DNA from: Myxococcota bacterium
GTDB lineage: Bacteria; Myxococcota_A; Polyangia; Nannocystales; Nannocystaceae
NCBI GenBank assembly: GCA_039028615.1
Contig: JBCCHT010000025.1
Span: 32,001 to 96,000 of the forward strand
DNA length: 64,000 nucleotides
Direction: 5' to 3'
The notes below the pieces were generated by a model that had not been told where the DNA came from, ran no database searches, and worked only from the letters and a program-made list of their open reading frames with translations. Below are positions 22,001-32,412 of this stretch, one piece after another (within the stretch, counting starts at the first letter, position 1; each line of letters begins with the position of its first letter). A program made the position numbers and the translations under genes.

Positions 22001-23647
22001 ATGCACCTGCCCACGCTGCCCGATCCCAAGAAAGTCCCCGTTGCCACTTGGAGCGAGCTCGCCGATCGCAAGCCCGCGTATGCCTGCGTCGCCGATATCG
22101 ACCTGGTGGTGGTGCGATGGGACGAGCAGGTTTCGGTGCTCTACGGTCGCTGCCTGCACCGCGGGGCGCTGATGGCCGACGGCTCGGTGGTGGGTGACGA
22201 CCTCATCTGCGGCGTGCATCAGTGGGACTACCGGCTCGAGACCGGCGTCAGCGCGTACGACAACAAGGAAGCGCTGGCTCGCTTCACCGCGTGGGTCGAC
22301 ATCGACTCGGACCAGGTCCTGGTCGACGAAAACGAGATCGTCGCATGGGCGGAGAAGCACCCGCAGCCCTACGCGCGCGAGCAGTACCACGGGCTGTACG
22401 CCGATCACCACGGCACGCCGGAAGAGCCCTACACCAAGCACATCCAAGAGCTCGCGCGGCACGGGCTCACGCGGCTGGGGCACCACGGGCCCGTGTCGGC
22501 GATGGGCATGCCGCTGACCGATCTGCCGCGCTGGGACGACATCCAAGTCATCACGGCTCAGCTCGCTCGTCGGCCCCTGCTCGACGACGACGCGGTCGGC
22601 ACGGACGTGGTCATCGGACCCCGCGCCAACAAGCCGCTGCACCTGAAGATCCCGCTGTTCGTCAGCGACATGAGCTTCGGGGCCCTGTCCGAGGAGGCCA
22701 AGGTCGCGCTGTCGGTCGGGGCGGACCAGGCGGGCACGGGCATCTGCTCGGGCGAGGGCGGCATGCTGCCCGAGGAGCAGGACGCGAACTCCCGCTACCT
22801 GTACGAGCTGGCTTCGGGTCGCTTCGGCTGGTCGATCGACAAGGTCAAGCGCTGCCAAGCCTTCCACTTCAAGGCGGGTCAGGGCGCCAAGACGGGTACG
22901 GGCGGGCACCTGCCGGGCACCAAGGTCATCGGCAAGATCGCTCAGGTCCGCGGTCTGAAAGAGGGCGAGCCCGCGATCAGCCCGGCCACCTTTCCCGACC
23001 TGAACGGGGTGGCAGACTACCGCCGCGTGGCGGCCGAGGTCCGCGAGGCGACGGAGGGGATCCCCATCGGCTTCAAGATGTCGGCCCAGCACATCGAGGA
23101 CGACATCGACTTTGCCCTCGATGTGGGTGTGGACTACATCATCCTCGACGGGCGCGGCGGAGCCACGGGAGCCGCTCCCAACATCTTCAAGCACAACATC
23201 TCGGTGCCCACCATCGCAGCGCTGGCCCGGGCCCGGCGCCATCTCGATCGCCGCGGCTGCTCCGATGTAAGTCTCGTCATCACGGGCGGTCTTCGCACGG
23301 AAAGCGACTTCGCCAAGGCGATGGCGTTGGGAGCCACGGCGGTAGCGATCTCCAATAGCGCCTTGCAGGCGATCGGCTGTCTAGGCATGCGTGCGTGTCA
23401 CACCAACAACTGCCCGGTCGGTATCGCGACCCAGCAGGAGCACCTTCGGGCAAGGCTGGATGTACAGCGCTCCGCCCAGCAGCTCACGAATTACCTCGAG
23501 GCCACCGTCGACCTCATGAAGATCCTGGCGCGCGCTTGCGGGCATGATCACCTCCGGGGCATGTGCCCGGACGACCTGACCAGCTGGAAACGAGACGTCG
23601 CGGAGTTGGCGGGAATTGCGTACGCTGGTGTCGGCGGATGGGGTTGA
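22001..23647 (+). CDS. FMN-binding glutamate synthase-family protein with N-terminal Rieske domain
   Basis: Rieske CLH...CGVH; DMSFGALS, SGEGG, GQGAKTGTGGHLPG, CLGMRACHTNNCPVG. Confidence 0.92.
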   Translation: MHLPTLPDPKKVPVATWSELADRKPAYACVADIDLVVVRWDEQVSVLYGRCLHRGALMADGSVVGDDLICGVHQWDYRLETGVSAYDNKEALARFTAWVDIDSDQVLVDENEIVAWAEKHPQPYAREQYHGLYADHHGTPEEPYTKHIQELARHGLTRLGHHGPVSAMGMPLTDLPRWDDIQVITAQLARRPLLDDDAVGTDVVIGPRANKPLHLKIPLFVSDMSFGALSEEAKVALSVGADQAGTGICSGEGGMLPEEQDANSRYLYELASGRFGWSIDKVKRCQAFHFKAGQGAKTGTGGHLPGTKVIGKIAQVRGLKEGEPAISPATFPDLNGVADYRRVAAEVREATEGIPIGFKMSAQHIEDDIDFALDVGVDYIILDGRGGATGAAPNIFKHNISVPTIAALARARRHLDRRGCSDVSLVITGGLRTESDFAKAMALGATAVAISNSALQAIGCLGMRACHTNNCPVGIATQQEHLRARLDVQRSAQQLTNYLEATVDLMKILARACGHDHLRGMCPDDLTSWKRDVAELAGIAYAGVGGWG

Positions 23648-23718
23648 TTTGGGACGCGTCCGCGGCTAAGGCTCAAAGCGGCACCCACCCCAGCAGCGAA
23701 GCGCGATCCGTGCTTTGA

Positions 23719-24030
23719 TTGCCTCTGCACGGGCCTGGCCACCCGGTCCTCGAAACGAGCGAGATGATACGCGACGAACCGACTTCGGCGATGATCAGCT
23801 TCACGAGCCCTCGGGATCCCAACGACGATACCCACGCTCGGATCACGCTCGGCTCGGAAGCGCCCGAGCCCGGAGAAGCGCCCTACTCGTTCACGATCAT
23901 GATCGCGAACGCCAAGGTCACCCTCTCGGGCATCCAGACCTCGGCCAACGTGGTCGAGCGAGTGCCGCTGTCGCATCAGGACATCGAGGCGCTCAAGCAG
24001 TGGCTCGAGCAAGAGACCAGCCGCGCCTGA
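23719..24030 (+). CDS. hypothetical protein
   Basis: Short ORF with GC3-biased codons; start uncertain (ATG 23764 possible). Confidence 0.55.
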   Translation: MPLHGPGHPVLETSEMIRDEPTSAMISFTSPRDPNDDTHARITLGSEAPEPGEAPYSFTIMIANAKVTLSGIQTSANVVERVPLSHQDIEALKQWLEQETSRA

Positions 24031-24047
24031 GTCGAACGGACCGGTCT

Positions 24048-24079
24048 CGTCACCGCGGTGTAACGGCAACGCGGTGACG
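24048..24079. terminator. hairpin between convergent genes
   Basis: CGTCACCGCG / CGCGGTGACG perfect 10-bp stem. Confidence 0.6.
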
Positions 24080-24124
24080 CGCCACCCCGCTCGCGATTGC
24101 TGAGCGGGTGACGGCGGCTGCCGA

Positions 24125-24583
24125 TCAGTCCCGGCGCTCGAAGGTCAGCGTGCCCTCGACCTTCCACGGCCGCAGGTGACCGAGGCCGACCAGCGGCAGG
24201 GGCAACGAGAACACCGACTCCTCGTCGAGCCACACGTTGATGACGCCGCCCGGGCCCCAGCCTTCGGCCTTGAACCGCCCGACCTGTCCAGCGAGTCGGT
24301 GAAGCGGGAGCGCGGCGTAGGGCAGGTTCGGTCGGCCGCCACCGCCGCCGAACTCGCCCTCGAAGTGCTCGATGTCCTTGGCGCTCATGTAGATCTTGCC
24401 CTCGTCGTAGGTGATCCAGCCGCGCATCCCGGCTTGGCCGCTCTCGATGCCGACCGAAGCGCTGATGGCTGCGGGCACGTACTTGAGCGCGTCGTCGGCC
24501 TTGGATTGAGCGTCGACGAACTGCTTGGCGAGGGCAGAAACGGCGGCGGTGTCGGTGTTCTGAGTGATGCTGGGAGTGTCCAT
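24125..24583 (-). CDS. hypothetical Gly-rich beta protein
   Basis: AAGGA RBS, A/C-rich leader, strong GC3 bias. Confidence 0.75.
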   Translation of the reverse strand: MDTPSITQNTDTAAVSALAKQFVDAQSKADDALKYVPAAISASVGIESGQAGMRGWITYDEGKIYMSAKDIEHFEGEFGGGGGRPNLPYAALPLHRLAGQVGRFKAEGWGPGGVINVWLDEESVFSLPLPLVGLGHLRPWKVEGTLTFERRD

Positions 24584-24756
24584 GGTCTTCGTCCTTCTGT
24601 TGTCGTTCGTTCGTGTGTTGGTGGTTTGGTTGGTGGTGGTAGTTCAAGCCAAGGCGCAGCCCGCCGAGGTCCGTCCTCACGACGGATCCCTCGCTCATCG
24701 GGACTACTGTCAGTTTTTCTAGACTCTACGTTCGGGCGCCGGGTCGGCGCGCTCGA

Positions 24757-25140
24757 CTACTTGCTGCCCTTTTTGATCAACTTGACGGTGACGCGGGGCC
24801 GCGGTGGTTCGGTGGTCAGGTCATCGGCGGCCGCGGGCGGTGCCTCGCCCTTGGCGCTCCCGTCCTTCATTGGCCAATCGCAATTCACGAAGTTCAACGT
24901 GAGCGTCTGTTCGTGGCTGCTCAACGTAATCTCGGGGGACTTCTCCCCTTGTCCGAGGCGTCCCGAGTTGTTTCCGAGACTCCAGCTCACGCTGGGATCC
25001 GACCCGTCGCAGCCGCGGTTGTTGGCAATGACCACTTTGTAGGGAGGGGCCACATCGATCTTCGACCCGTCCGCGGGGTAGTCGAGCATGCAACCCAGCA
25101 TGGGAATGCACTCTACGGTCGATACACTAATCGTCGTCAT
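24757..25140 (-). CDS. small hypothetical protein downstream of kinase
   Basis: AGGAG RBS right after kinase stop; 127 aa; 4 Cys; ends VTVKLIKKGSK. Confidence 0.75.
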   Translation of the reverse strand: MTTISVSTVECIPMLGCMLDYPADGSKIDVAPPYKVVIANNRGCDGSDPSVSWSLGNNSGRLGQGEKSPEITLSSHEQTLTLNFVNCDWPMKDGSAKGEAPPAAADDLTTEPPRPRVTVKLIKKGSK

Positions 25141-25157
25141 CGTCGTTTCTCCTGTCA

Positions 25158-27782
25158 CTATCGCTGGGTCCCCGCGCGGAGCTGCTTCGCGTCCACGACG
25201 AGTTCGTGTTCATCACCAAAGGTCTTCGTCAAGATGGGGATCGCGTGGTCGAGCAGCACGTTGGCTCGCGCCTGCTCCCCCGCATCGATCGCAGCGCTGG
25301 CCAGGTTGTGCTCGGCGAGCGCGACCTCGAGCGAGTCGGCGGGCTTGAGCCGCTGCACGATCACCAGCGCCCGCTCGAACGCATGCACGGCATCCGCGGT
25401 TCGCTCTTGGTAGGTCGCCGCCACGCCGACCGCCGACAGCACGTCCGTGCGGATGGGATGCGTGGGGCCGACCGCTTCGAGCGAGATCTGGTCGGCCAGC
25501 TCGGCATGGCGCGCCACGTCGTCGGCCCGGTCGAGATAGTCGTAGGCGGCCACCAGAGCCACATGAGCGCGGGCCACCATCTCGCTGCGCGGGCCGTACT
25601 CGAGCTGCGCGTCGCGCAAGACCTGGCCCAGGTGCTGGACGGCGTCGTCGTAGTCTCCGCTGCCGATCATCGCCAAGCCTTCGTCGAAGCGGCGATCGAG
25701 GGTCTGCGGGGAGAACTGGCCCGGCTTGGTGGCCACGCCCGAGGGTCCGAGCTCGAGGTCGCGGGCGCGCTCGAGCAGCGCGCGTCCCTGCTCGGGTCGA
25801 CCGCCGTGGGCGAGGATGTTGCCCAGCCGATGCAGCACCGAGGCCTGATCCCACGCGGTCGCGGCTCCCTCGGCTTCGAGCAAGGCCAGCGCCTCCCGGA
25901 GCGAGGCTTCGGCCGCCTCGACGTCGCCCGCCAGCTCGAGGGTCTGGCCGCGATCGCTCAACAGACGTGCCCGCTGCCGTACCGAGGGCTCGACCTCGCC
26001 GAGCAGGGCGGCGTGCCGTTGCTGCGCCCACTGGGCCCGATCGATGTCGAGCTCCACCAGGCGCTCGACCTGGTTGAGCGCGCTCCAGGCGTAGGCCTGC
26101 AGCTGCACGTCGCGAGCGGCCTCGCTGATGTCGAGCGCCTCGCCCAGCCGGGCTCGCGCTCGAGTGCCGTCCCCCGCCACGATGTGCAGACGCCCCAACA
26201 CCAGGGCGGCCTCGCCGACGAGCGGGCGCCAGCCGAGGGTGTGGCTGCGCTGCAGGATGTGCTCGGCGGTGGCGATCCGCTCGGCCACGCTACGGCCACG
26301 GGTCAGCTCCAGGCGCACCAGGGCCCGTCGAAGCTCGGCGACCACCTCGACGCTGGCCTCGGGCACGGCCGCGATCTCGCTGTCGATGACGTCGGCGGCC
26401 AGGCACGACGCGGGATCCTCGAGGCGACCGAGCGCGGCGACGAGCTGCCCACGGCCCTCGAGGTCACCGCCCAGCAGGCTCTGCGTGACCGCCTCGAAGC
26501 CGGCGAGGCGACGGCCGAGGCACACGCCGCGGCGGTCGAGACTCTGCGCGGACAAGCTCTGGCGCACATGCACGTCTTCGCAGCTGGTCTGCGCTGCGTC
26601 TCGCCACCCGGCCGCCCATGCATCGAGCACCTGCACGGTGGCGGGGCTGCCCAGTGCCCCGAGGGCCTCGGCGACCACCTCACGCGTGCCCGAAGACCAC
26701 GCCTCGTCGAGGGGGGCCGCCACCGCAACGCACGGATCGACCTCGGCCGCGGGTGACTCGGTGAATCGAGAGCTGAGCGCCATCCCGCCGAGCGCGGCCA
26801 AGCCCAGCGCTACCAACGACTCGGGCCAGCGCCGACGCGAGCGCGGCATGACCTCGTCGAGCAGCTCGCCCACGCTGGCGAAACGATCGTGCGGCTCGAG
26901 GCTCAGCCCTCGGCTCAGCGCCCGATGCAATCGCCCGGACAGCCGCGCCCCCTCGGGCAGCGGCACCAGGCCCTCGTCGAAGGTCTGCCGCGGCCGGGAC
27001 CCACACAGCGCCTCCCAGAGGCACACGCACAGGGCGTACTGGTCCGCCCGCGCATCGACCTCGCCGCCGCGCTGCTCGGGCGCGGCATAGGCCGGGGTGC
27101 CGAGGAAGCCATCGTGCTCGGTGATGGGCGCCCACTCGCGCTCCACCCGAGAGACCGTCTGCCCGCCGTCGGTCGTGACCTCGTTCGCCGCCGTCACCAA
27201 GCCGAAGTCGACCAGGCGCACCCGTCCGTCGTCGCCGAGCAAGACGTTGTCCGGCTTGATGTCGCGATGCACCAGCCCTGCGTCGTGGACCGCGGCCAGC
27301 CCTCGCCCCGCCTCGACCCAGCGAGTGAGGATCTCGGTGCGCGTGCGCGGCTGCGCCTTGGCCCACGCACGCAGGGTCTGTCCGGGCACGTACTCCATTG
27401 CCACCCAGACCCGGCCTTCGTGCCGACCCACGTCGTACACGGGCACCACGTTGGGATGGGACAGCTGCGCCAGGCCCTGGGCCTCGCGAAACAGCCGTAG
27501 CTCGGCCGCCTCGTCGCCGCCGACCCGCCGCAAGAACTTGAGCGCGACCTGGCGCTGCAGCTCGGTGTCCCAGCCCTCGTACACTGTGCCCATGCCGCCG
27601 GAGCCGAGTTCTCGCTCGAGCCGAAAGCGACCGACCTGCACCTTGGGCGCCTCCCCGAGCATGCGCTCGTGAATGCGGGCCGCGAACACCTCACCCCGCA
27701 GGGCGCTGATGGGCCCGCTCGAACCGGATTCGGCCGAAGTCAGGCGGTCACGGTCGGGGTGGTCGGCGGTCATCTCGGTCAC
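25158..27782 (-). CDS. Ser/Thr protein kinase with TM and TPRs
   Basis: GSGGMG, VALK, HRDIKPDN, DFG, APEQ; TPR tail. Confidence 0.95.
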   Translation of the reverse strand: MTEMTADHPDRDRLTSAESGSSGPISALRGEVFAARIHERMLGEAPKVQVGRFRLERELGSGGMGTVYEGWDTELQRQVALKFLRRVGGDEAAELRLFREAQGLAQLSHPNVVPVYDVGRHEGRVWVAMEYVPGQTLRAWAKAQPRTRTEILTRWVEAGRGLAAVHDAGLVHRDIKPDNVLLGDDGRVRLVDFGLVTAANEVTTDGGQTVSRVEREWAPITEHDGFLGTPAYAAPEQRGGEVDARADQYALCVCLWEALCGSRPRQTFDEGLVPLPEGARLSGRLHRALSRGLSLEPHDRFASVGELLDEVMPRSRRRWPESLVALGLAALGGMALSSRFTESPAAEVDPCVAVAAPLDEAWSSGTREVVAEALGALGSPATVQVLDAWAAGWRDAAQTSCEDVHVRQSLSAQSLDRRGVCLGRRLAGFEAVTQSLLGGDLEGRGQLVAALGRLEDPASCLAADVIDSEIAAVPEASVEVVAELRRALVRLELTRGRSVAERIATAEHILQRSHTLGWRPLVGEAALVLGRLHIVAGDGTRARARLGEALDISEAARDVQLQAYAWSALNQVERLVELDIDRAQWAQQRHAALLGEVEPSVRQRARLLSDRGQTLELAGDVEAAEASLREALALLEAEGAATAWDQASVLHRLGNILAHGGRPEQGRALLERARDLELGPSGVATKPGQFSPQTLDRRFDEGLAMIGSGDYDDAVQHLGQVLRDAQLEYGPRSEMVARAHVALVAAYDYLDRADDVARHAELADQISLEAVGPTHPIRTDVLSAVGVAATYQERTADAVHAFERALVIVQRLKPADSLEVALAEHNLASAAIDAGEQARANVLLDHAIPILTKTFGDEHELVVDAKQLRAGTQR

Positions 27783-27837
27783 GCTTCAATGGGTTGGTTC
27801 TGCGACCGACCGAACCGATCAACGAAAGTTCGACTTT

Positions 27838-28452
27838 TTATGCGTCCCGTTTCCGCAGCGACCGCGCCCAGTCGTCGAGGCGTCCCACCGTGGACTCCAG
27901 CTCGGCCCGATCCCGCGCCAGTCGGTCGATGGCCGCCCGCAGGTCGAGCTTGGCCTTGCGGATGCGACCCCGCGCCGTGCCCTCGGGGATGCCCAGGACC
28001 GCCCCCAGCTGCGACGCCGACAGGTCCTCCCAGTAGTAGAGTTCGAGGATCGTCTGCGACTCGACCGGAATCTCCCGCAGCCCGAGCAGCAGCAGCCGAC
28101 GCTCACGCTTGGCGTCGACGGCCGAGCCCGGGCCCACGCCCAGCGCCACCACCGAGTCGACTTCGTCGTCGATCGCCTCCCGCTTGGTGCGCTCGATGAT
28201 CCACTTGCGCAGCCGATTGCGGGCAATGGCGAACATCCAGGTGCGGAACTCGGCGTCCTCGCGAAAGCGATCGACGCCCTCCACACAGGCGGCAAAGGTC
28301 TGCTGGACGAGTTCCTCGAGCTGCTGCGGGTCGCCGACCTTGTTGAAGAAGAACCGATGCAGCGCGTCCACGTGGCGCGAGATGATCTCGCTGCCCGCAT
28401 TGCGATCACCGTTGCGCCATGCGAGCAGCAGCGCGTGCTCCGAGGACTCCAC
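27838..28452 (-). CDS. ECF RNA polymerase sigma factor
   Basis: LLLAWRNGD, RFFFNKV, LVQQTF, FRTWMFAIARN, LELYYWE, GTARGRIRKAK. Confidence 0.93.
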   Translation of the reverse strand: MESSEHALLLAWRNGDRNAGSEIISRHVDALHRFFFNKVGDPQQLEELVQQTFAACVEGVDRFREDAEFRTWMFAIARNRLRKWIIERTKREAIDDEVDSVVALGVGPGSAVDAKRERRLLLLGLREIPVESQTILELYYWEDLSASQLGAVLGIPEGTARGRIRKAKLDLRAAIDRLARDRAELESTVGRLDDWARSLRKRDA

Positions 28453-28493
28453 CGGGCTCGATGGTACGCCAAGCCCCGTGCCCGCGGGGATTC

Positions 28494-29228
28494 CTACGCG
28501 GACCAGCCCCCGTCGACGTCGATGACTTGCCCCGTGATGTAGCCCGAGCCCTCGTCGAGCAGGAACGACACCAGAGGCGCGACATCCATAGGAACGCCGA
28601 CCCGCCGCAGCGGAACCTCGGTTGCGTAGGCATCGTAGCCGGCCTCGCCCACGTCGGCGGTCATGTCCGTGCGCAGCAGGCCGGGCGCGACCGCGTTGAT
28701 GCGGACACCCCGGGGGCCGAGCTCATGCGCCAACGAACGCACCGCGCCCTCGAGACCGCCCTTGGCCGCGGCGTAGGCCGTCTTGCCGGCCAGGCCGCGA
28801 TGACCCAGGTTGGAGCCGATCACCACCACCGAGGCGCCATCACCCAGCGCGAACTTCCGCAGCAAGGCCCGCAGCAGTCGCAGCGGGGCCTCGAGGTTGA
28901 CCCGCAGCTGCTCGACCAGCGGATCGACGCCGTCTTCACCTTTGGCGTCGAGCCGACCGCGATGACCGATGCCCGCACACAGCACCAGCCCGGAGATTTC
29001 GTGCGCCCCGGACAGCACCGTGGTCACGAGTTCGTCGACCTGCTCCGGCTCGCTCAGGTCGGCCTGGAGCATGCGCAAGGGCCCTTGCACCGAGCGCACC
29101 AGCGTCTGGGCGTCGTCCTTGCTGGAGCGATAGACCCCGATCACGTCGTGGCCGATCTGCGTCAGCAAGCGACACACCGAGCGCCCGATGCCGCGGGAGG
29201 CTCCCGTCACGAGGATGGGCGGGCTCAT
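28494..29228 (-). CDS. SDR family oxidoreductase
   Basis: TGASRGIG, YAAAK, RINAVAPG, ITGQVIDVDGG; overlaps folB stop. Confidence 0.92.
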   Translation of the reverse strand: MSPPILVTGASRGIGRSVCRLLTQIGHDVIGVYRSSKDDAQTLVRSVQGPLRMLQADLSEPEQVDELVTTVLSGAHEISGLVLCAGIGHRGRLDAKGEDGVDPLVEQLRVNLEAPLRLLRALLRKFALGDGASVVVIGSNLGHRGLAGKTAYAAAKGGLEGAVRSLAHELGPRGVRINAVAPGLLRTDMTADVGEAGYDAYATEVPLRRVGVPMDVAPLVSFLLDEGSGYITGQVIDVDGGWSA

Positions 29229-29917
29229 GGGGCGACCCCTTGCAGCTCGATCTCGTCCTCGGGGATGAACGGCGGCACGTCGCAGCAAAACAGCGTGGCC
29301 GGGTCGTCGCCCGGGTTGCGGTACTCGTGCGCCTGGCCGTGCTCCCACTCCACGGGCACCGTGGCATCGACCGCTTGCCCGCCGCGCTCGAGGTGGCCGC
29401 GCACCAGCCACTCCAGCTCTCGCATCACCCGATGGTGATGGCGGGGAATCTCGTGCCCCGGGGCGACGTGCAGCAGGTACAGGCCCGCTTCCTTGGTCTC
29501 GAGCAGGATCTCGACCTCGCCGAACACGGCCGACTCGCGCCGCACGGGAAAGTCGGCCCGGGTCCGCTGCACTCGGACCGCGCTCGCCTGCGCCTGGCCC
29601 AGCAGCGCGCGGGGCTTGGCGACACGCAGCTCCAGCTCCTCGAGCGCGGCGTACTCGCCAAAGAGCATCGCCGAGATTTCGTGCGCCGCGTTCTCGAGCA
29701 GGCGATAGCGACGAAACCGCAGCAGCGCCCCGATGGTGGTGGCCACCTTCGCGTAGTCGATGGTGTCCAGGATGCTCGCGCTCTTGCCCGCGGGGGCCAG
29801 GTCGAGGCCCATGCGCAGATCGACGACGACCGGTTGCTCACGTTCGCGCTCGTCGGGGAGCACGCCCAGCACACAGTCGAGGCCAAGGCCGTCCAGCTCG
29901 ATGAAGTCGCGCGCCAC
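29225..29917 (-). CDS. folB: dihydroneopterin aldolase fused to a cupin domain
   Basis: GVLPDERExxQPVVVDL, TIDY, LLE, VAKP; C-terminal HHH...E...H cupin. Confidence 0.85.
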   Translation of the reverse strand: MARDFIELDGLGLDCVLGVLPDEREREQPVVVDLRMGLDLAPAGKSASILDTIDYAKVATTIGALLRFRRYRLLENAAHEISAMLFGEYAALEELELRVAKPRALLGQAQASAVRVQRTRADFPVRRESAVFGEVEILLETKEAGLYLLHVAPGHEIPRHHHRVMRELEWLVRGHLERGGQAVDATVPVEWEHGQAHEYRNPGDDPATLFCCDVPPFIPEDEIELQGVAP

Positions 29918-29988
29918 GGGGCGCGTAGCTATACCACCTTGTCCCCATGGCACGGGACCACCATCCGTTCTACGGTTAGCGAACTACC

Positions 29989-30462
29989 ATGTCTCGACGC
30001 TTGACCTTAGCGGCGCTGGCCGGGCTGCTCGTCGCCTCCGCTTGCATCATCAACACCACGGACGACGACGATTCCTCGGGCGATTCGTCCAACGCCACCA
30101 CCACCGGCAACGGCAACGACTCCTCCGGCTCGAGCGCGACCCCGGCGTCCAGCACCAGCGACGCCAACAGCAGCACCGCGGCCCCGGGAGAAAGCACCGC
30201 CGCGGCGGAAACCTCCAGCGCAGGCGGCGCATGCGGCTGGGGCCAGACGGGCGACGCCGACGTCCCCGAGGGCTACATCTGTGGCGGCGAGGGGGCGGAC
30301 CCCAGCGAAAACTTCCCCATGGACTGCCCCGCCGAGGCCACCCTCGAGGTCGGGGCGGCCTGCGCGGGCATCGAAGGCCCGGGCTGCTGCGATGCCGACG
30401 GCAACGTCTGGTTCTGCGGCGACGACGGCTCGGGCCCCGCGCTCGTGCGCACCGAGTGCTGA
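29989..30462 (+). CDS. small Cys-rich lipoprotein
   Basis: Lipobox ASAC, Ser/Thr linker, 8-Cys domain. Confidence 0.8.
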   Translation: MSRRLTLAALAGLLVASACIINTTDDDDSSGDSSNATTTGNGNDSSGSSATPASSTSDANSSTAAPGESTAAAETSSAGGACGWGQTGDADVPEGYICGGEGADPSENFPMDCPAEATLEVGAACAGIEGPGCCDADGNVWFCGDDGSGPALVRTEC

Positions 30463-30481
30463 GCGCTCAGCGGGTCGGGAC

Positions 30482-32299
30482 TCAGGACCGCACGATCACG
30501 GTGGTGCCGGGGCTGCCCTCGTGGGCGTGCACGCCGTGCCAGCCCTCGGGGAGGAACGGCGTGGTCCAGTTGAACAGCCAGCGCGCATCGGTGGGCCCCA
30601 GGTTCACGCAGCCGTGGCTGCGCACGCGACCGAAGCCGTTGTGCCAGAAGGCGCCGTGTAGGGCGTAGCTGCCCTCGAAGAACATCGCCCACGGAACGTC
30701 CTGAATGGAGTAGTTGCCGTCCGAGGCCGTGCCGCCGTCCATGGTGGTGGACACGTGCTTGCTGCGGATGCGGAAGCGACCGGGCGGGGTGTCGAAGGGC
30801 TCTTCTTCCGTGCCCTTGCGACCGGTGGACACGAGCGTGACGAAGACCGGCTTGTCTCCCTCGTAGGCCACGAGCATCTGCTTGGCGAGGCTGACGTCGA
30901 CCCAGCGCTCCCAGGGCTCGACGCCCTCGGGCACGGGCTGGGGCTCGGCGAGGCGTAGCTCCTTCTTGCGGAGGAGCTGACCGTCGGTGGTCATCATGTA
31001 CGCCTTGCCGTCCACGTCGATCTCCTCGGTGAGGTCCACGAAGGTGCGGCGCTCGAGCGACTTGCCCGTGGGCTTGACCTTGCCGTCCTCGTCGAGCTCG
31101 AACAGCTTGGCCTCTTTGACCATGGCGTAGCCGAACGGGAAGTTGGACTCCTCGCCGAGCTGCACGCCCTGGAAGTCTTTGGCCTCGTACTTGTACGCCG
31201 CGCCCGTCTCCACGTAGGCCCCGCGCGCGGTGTGCCACCAGGTCTTGCCCTCTTCGGTCAGCTTGTCGCCCAAGCTGATGAAGAAACCCTTCTCGAGCCA
31301 CGGGTTCTGGGGGTTGAGCGGCAGGGGAGGCAGCGCGGGCTCTTCGGGCTCGGCCTCCGCGAGCACGGTGGGCTCGGCGGATCCCGGCGCGGGCGTGGCG
31401 GGCTCGGCTGCGGGTGCGGCCGGCGTGGGCTCGGCGGCGGCGGGCGCAGGTGCGGGCGCGGGCGGATCGTCGACCGAAGGCAACGCGGACAGATCGGTGG
31501 GCTTGGCGGGCTCGGCCTTGGCCGGCTCGGCGGCGGGATCGGCCTTCACGGGCGTGGCCGTGGGCTCGGCCTTGGCCGGCTCGGACCCGGGCAGCGGCTT
31601 GCCCTCGCGGATCGCCTCGCGAACCTCTCGCTCGTCGGTGGCTCGCTTCTGCTCGGCGGCGTTGGGCACCCGCCACCACATGGCGCTGTTCCACTTGCGC
31701 ACGTAGGCGTAGTCGTAGGGCAGCGCCTCGTCGGTCCGCGGGGGCGGAGGCGGCCGATGCAGATACGGCGGCCGCTTGCGATCGACCACCAGGCCTCGGC
31801 TCGCACACGCGAAGCCGCCCTCGGGCAGGCCGTACCACCCCTTGGGGCAGCCATCGGTGCCGGCCTTCTCGGTGACCATCATGCGCGTGCCCAAGCGCAG
31901 GTAGCCGAGCTTGGGCGCGTCGATGTCGGCGCGGGCATAGACCGCGACCACCTCGTAGCCCGCCATCGCGTGGATGACGAGGTCCTCGGCCGCAGGCACG
32001 GGCTCGGGGGGCACGATGAGCCCGTAGCCCTCGGGGGGCTGCGGCTCCTCGGGAATCTCCAGCTCGGGCTCGATGTCGGCGAGCGTCACCGCATCGGCAT
32101 CGGGCGTGGGGCTTGGGGGTGCGCCTGCATCCTCGGCCGGGGCCGGTCGGGGGCTCGCCTCCTCGCGCGGCCGGGCGGGCGCCGTGGCCTCGGCCGGAGC
32201 GCCCGCAGACGGCGTGGCCGGAGCCGTGCGGGGCTCGGGTTTGTCGCAGGCAGCCAGGAGCAGGCATGCCAGTCCGATCGTCGCGGCTTCGGTGCGCAT
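30482..32299 (-). CDS. L,D-transpeptidase family lipoprotein
   Basis: Lipobox LAAC; TLVSTG, ALHGAFWH...SHGCVNL catalytic motif. Confidence 0.93.
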   Translation of the reverse strand: MRTEAATIGLACLLLAACDKPEPRTAPATPSAGAPAEATAPARPREEASPRPAPAEDAGAPPSPTPDADAVTLADIEPELEIPEEPQPPEGYGLIVPPEPVPAAEDLVIHAMAGYEVVAVYARADIDAPKLGYLRLGTRMMVTEKAGTDGCPKGWYGLPEGGFACASRGLVVDRKRPPYLHRPPPPPRTDEALPYDYAYVRKWNSAMWWRVPNAAEQKRATDEREVREAIREGKPLPGSEPAKAEPTATPVKADPAAEPAKAEPAKPTDLSALPSVDDPPAPAPAPAAAEPTPAAPAAEPATPAPGSAEPTVLAEAEPEEPALPPLPLNPQNPWLEKGFFISLGDKLTEEGKTWWHTARGAYVETGAAYKYEAKDFQGVQLGEESNFPFGYAMVKEAKLFELDEDGKVKPTGKSLERRTFVDLTEEIDVDGKAYMMTTDGQLLRKKELRLAEPQPVPEGVEPWERWVDVSLAKQMLVAYEGDKPVFVTLVSTGRKGTEEEPFDTPPGRFRIRSKHVSTTMDGGTASDGNYSIQDVPWAMFFEGSYALHGAFWHNGFGRVRSHGCVNLGPTDARWLFNWTTPFLPEGWHGVHAHEGSPGTTVIVRS

Positions 32300-32412
32300 G
32301 CGGTTCGTGCATAACGTACGCGCCGGGACCGGGGGAAGATTCCGACGAACGCCGCCGCCTTGCGCGATTTCCGCCCCCCCACGAGACCGAGGGGACGTTA
32401 TGGTCCTCGCCG

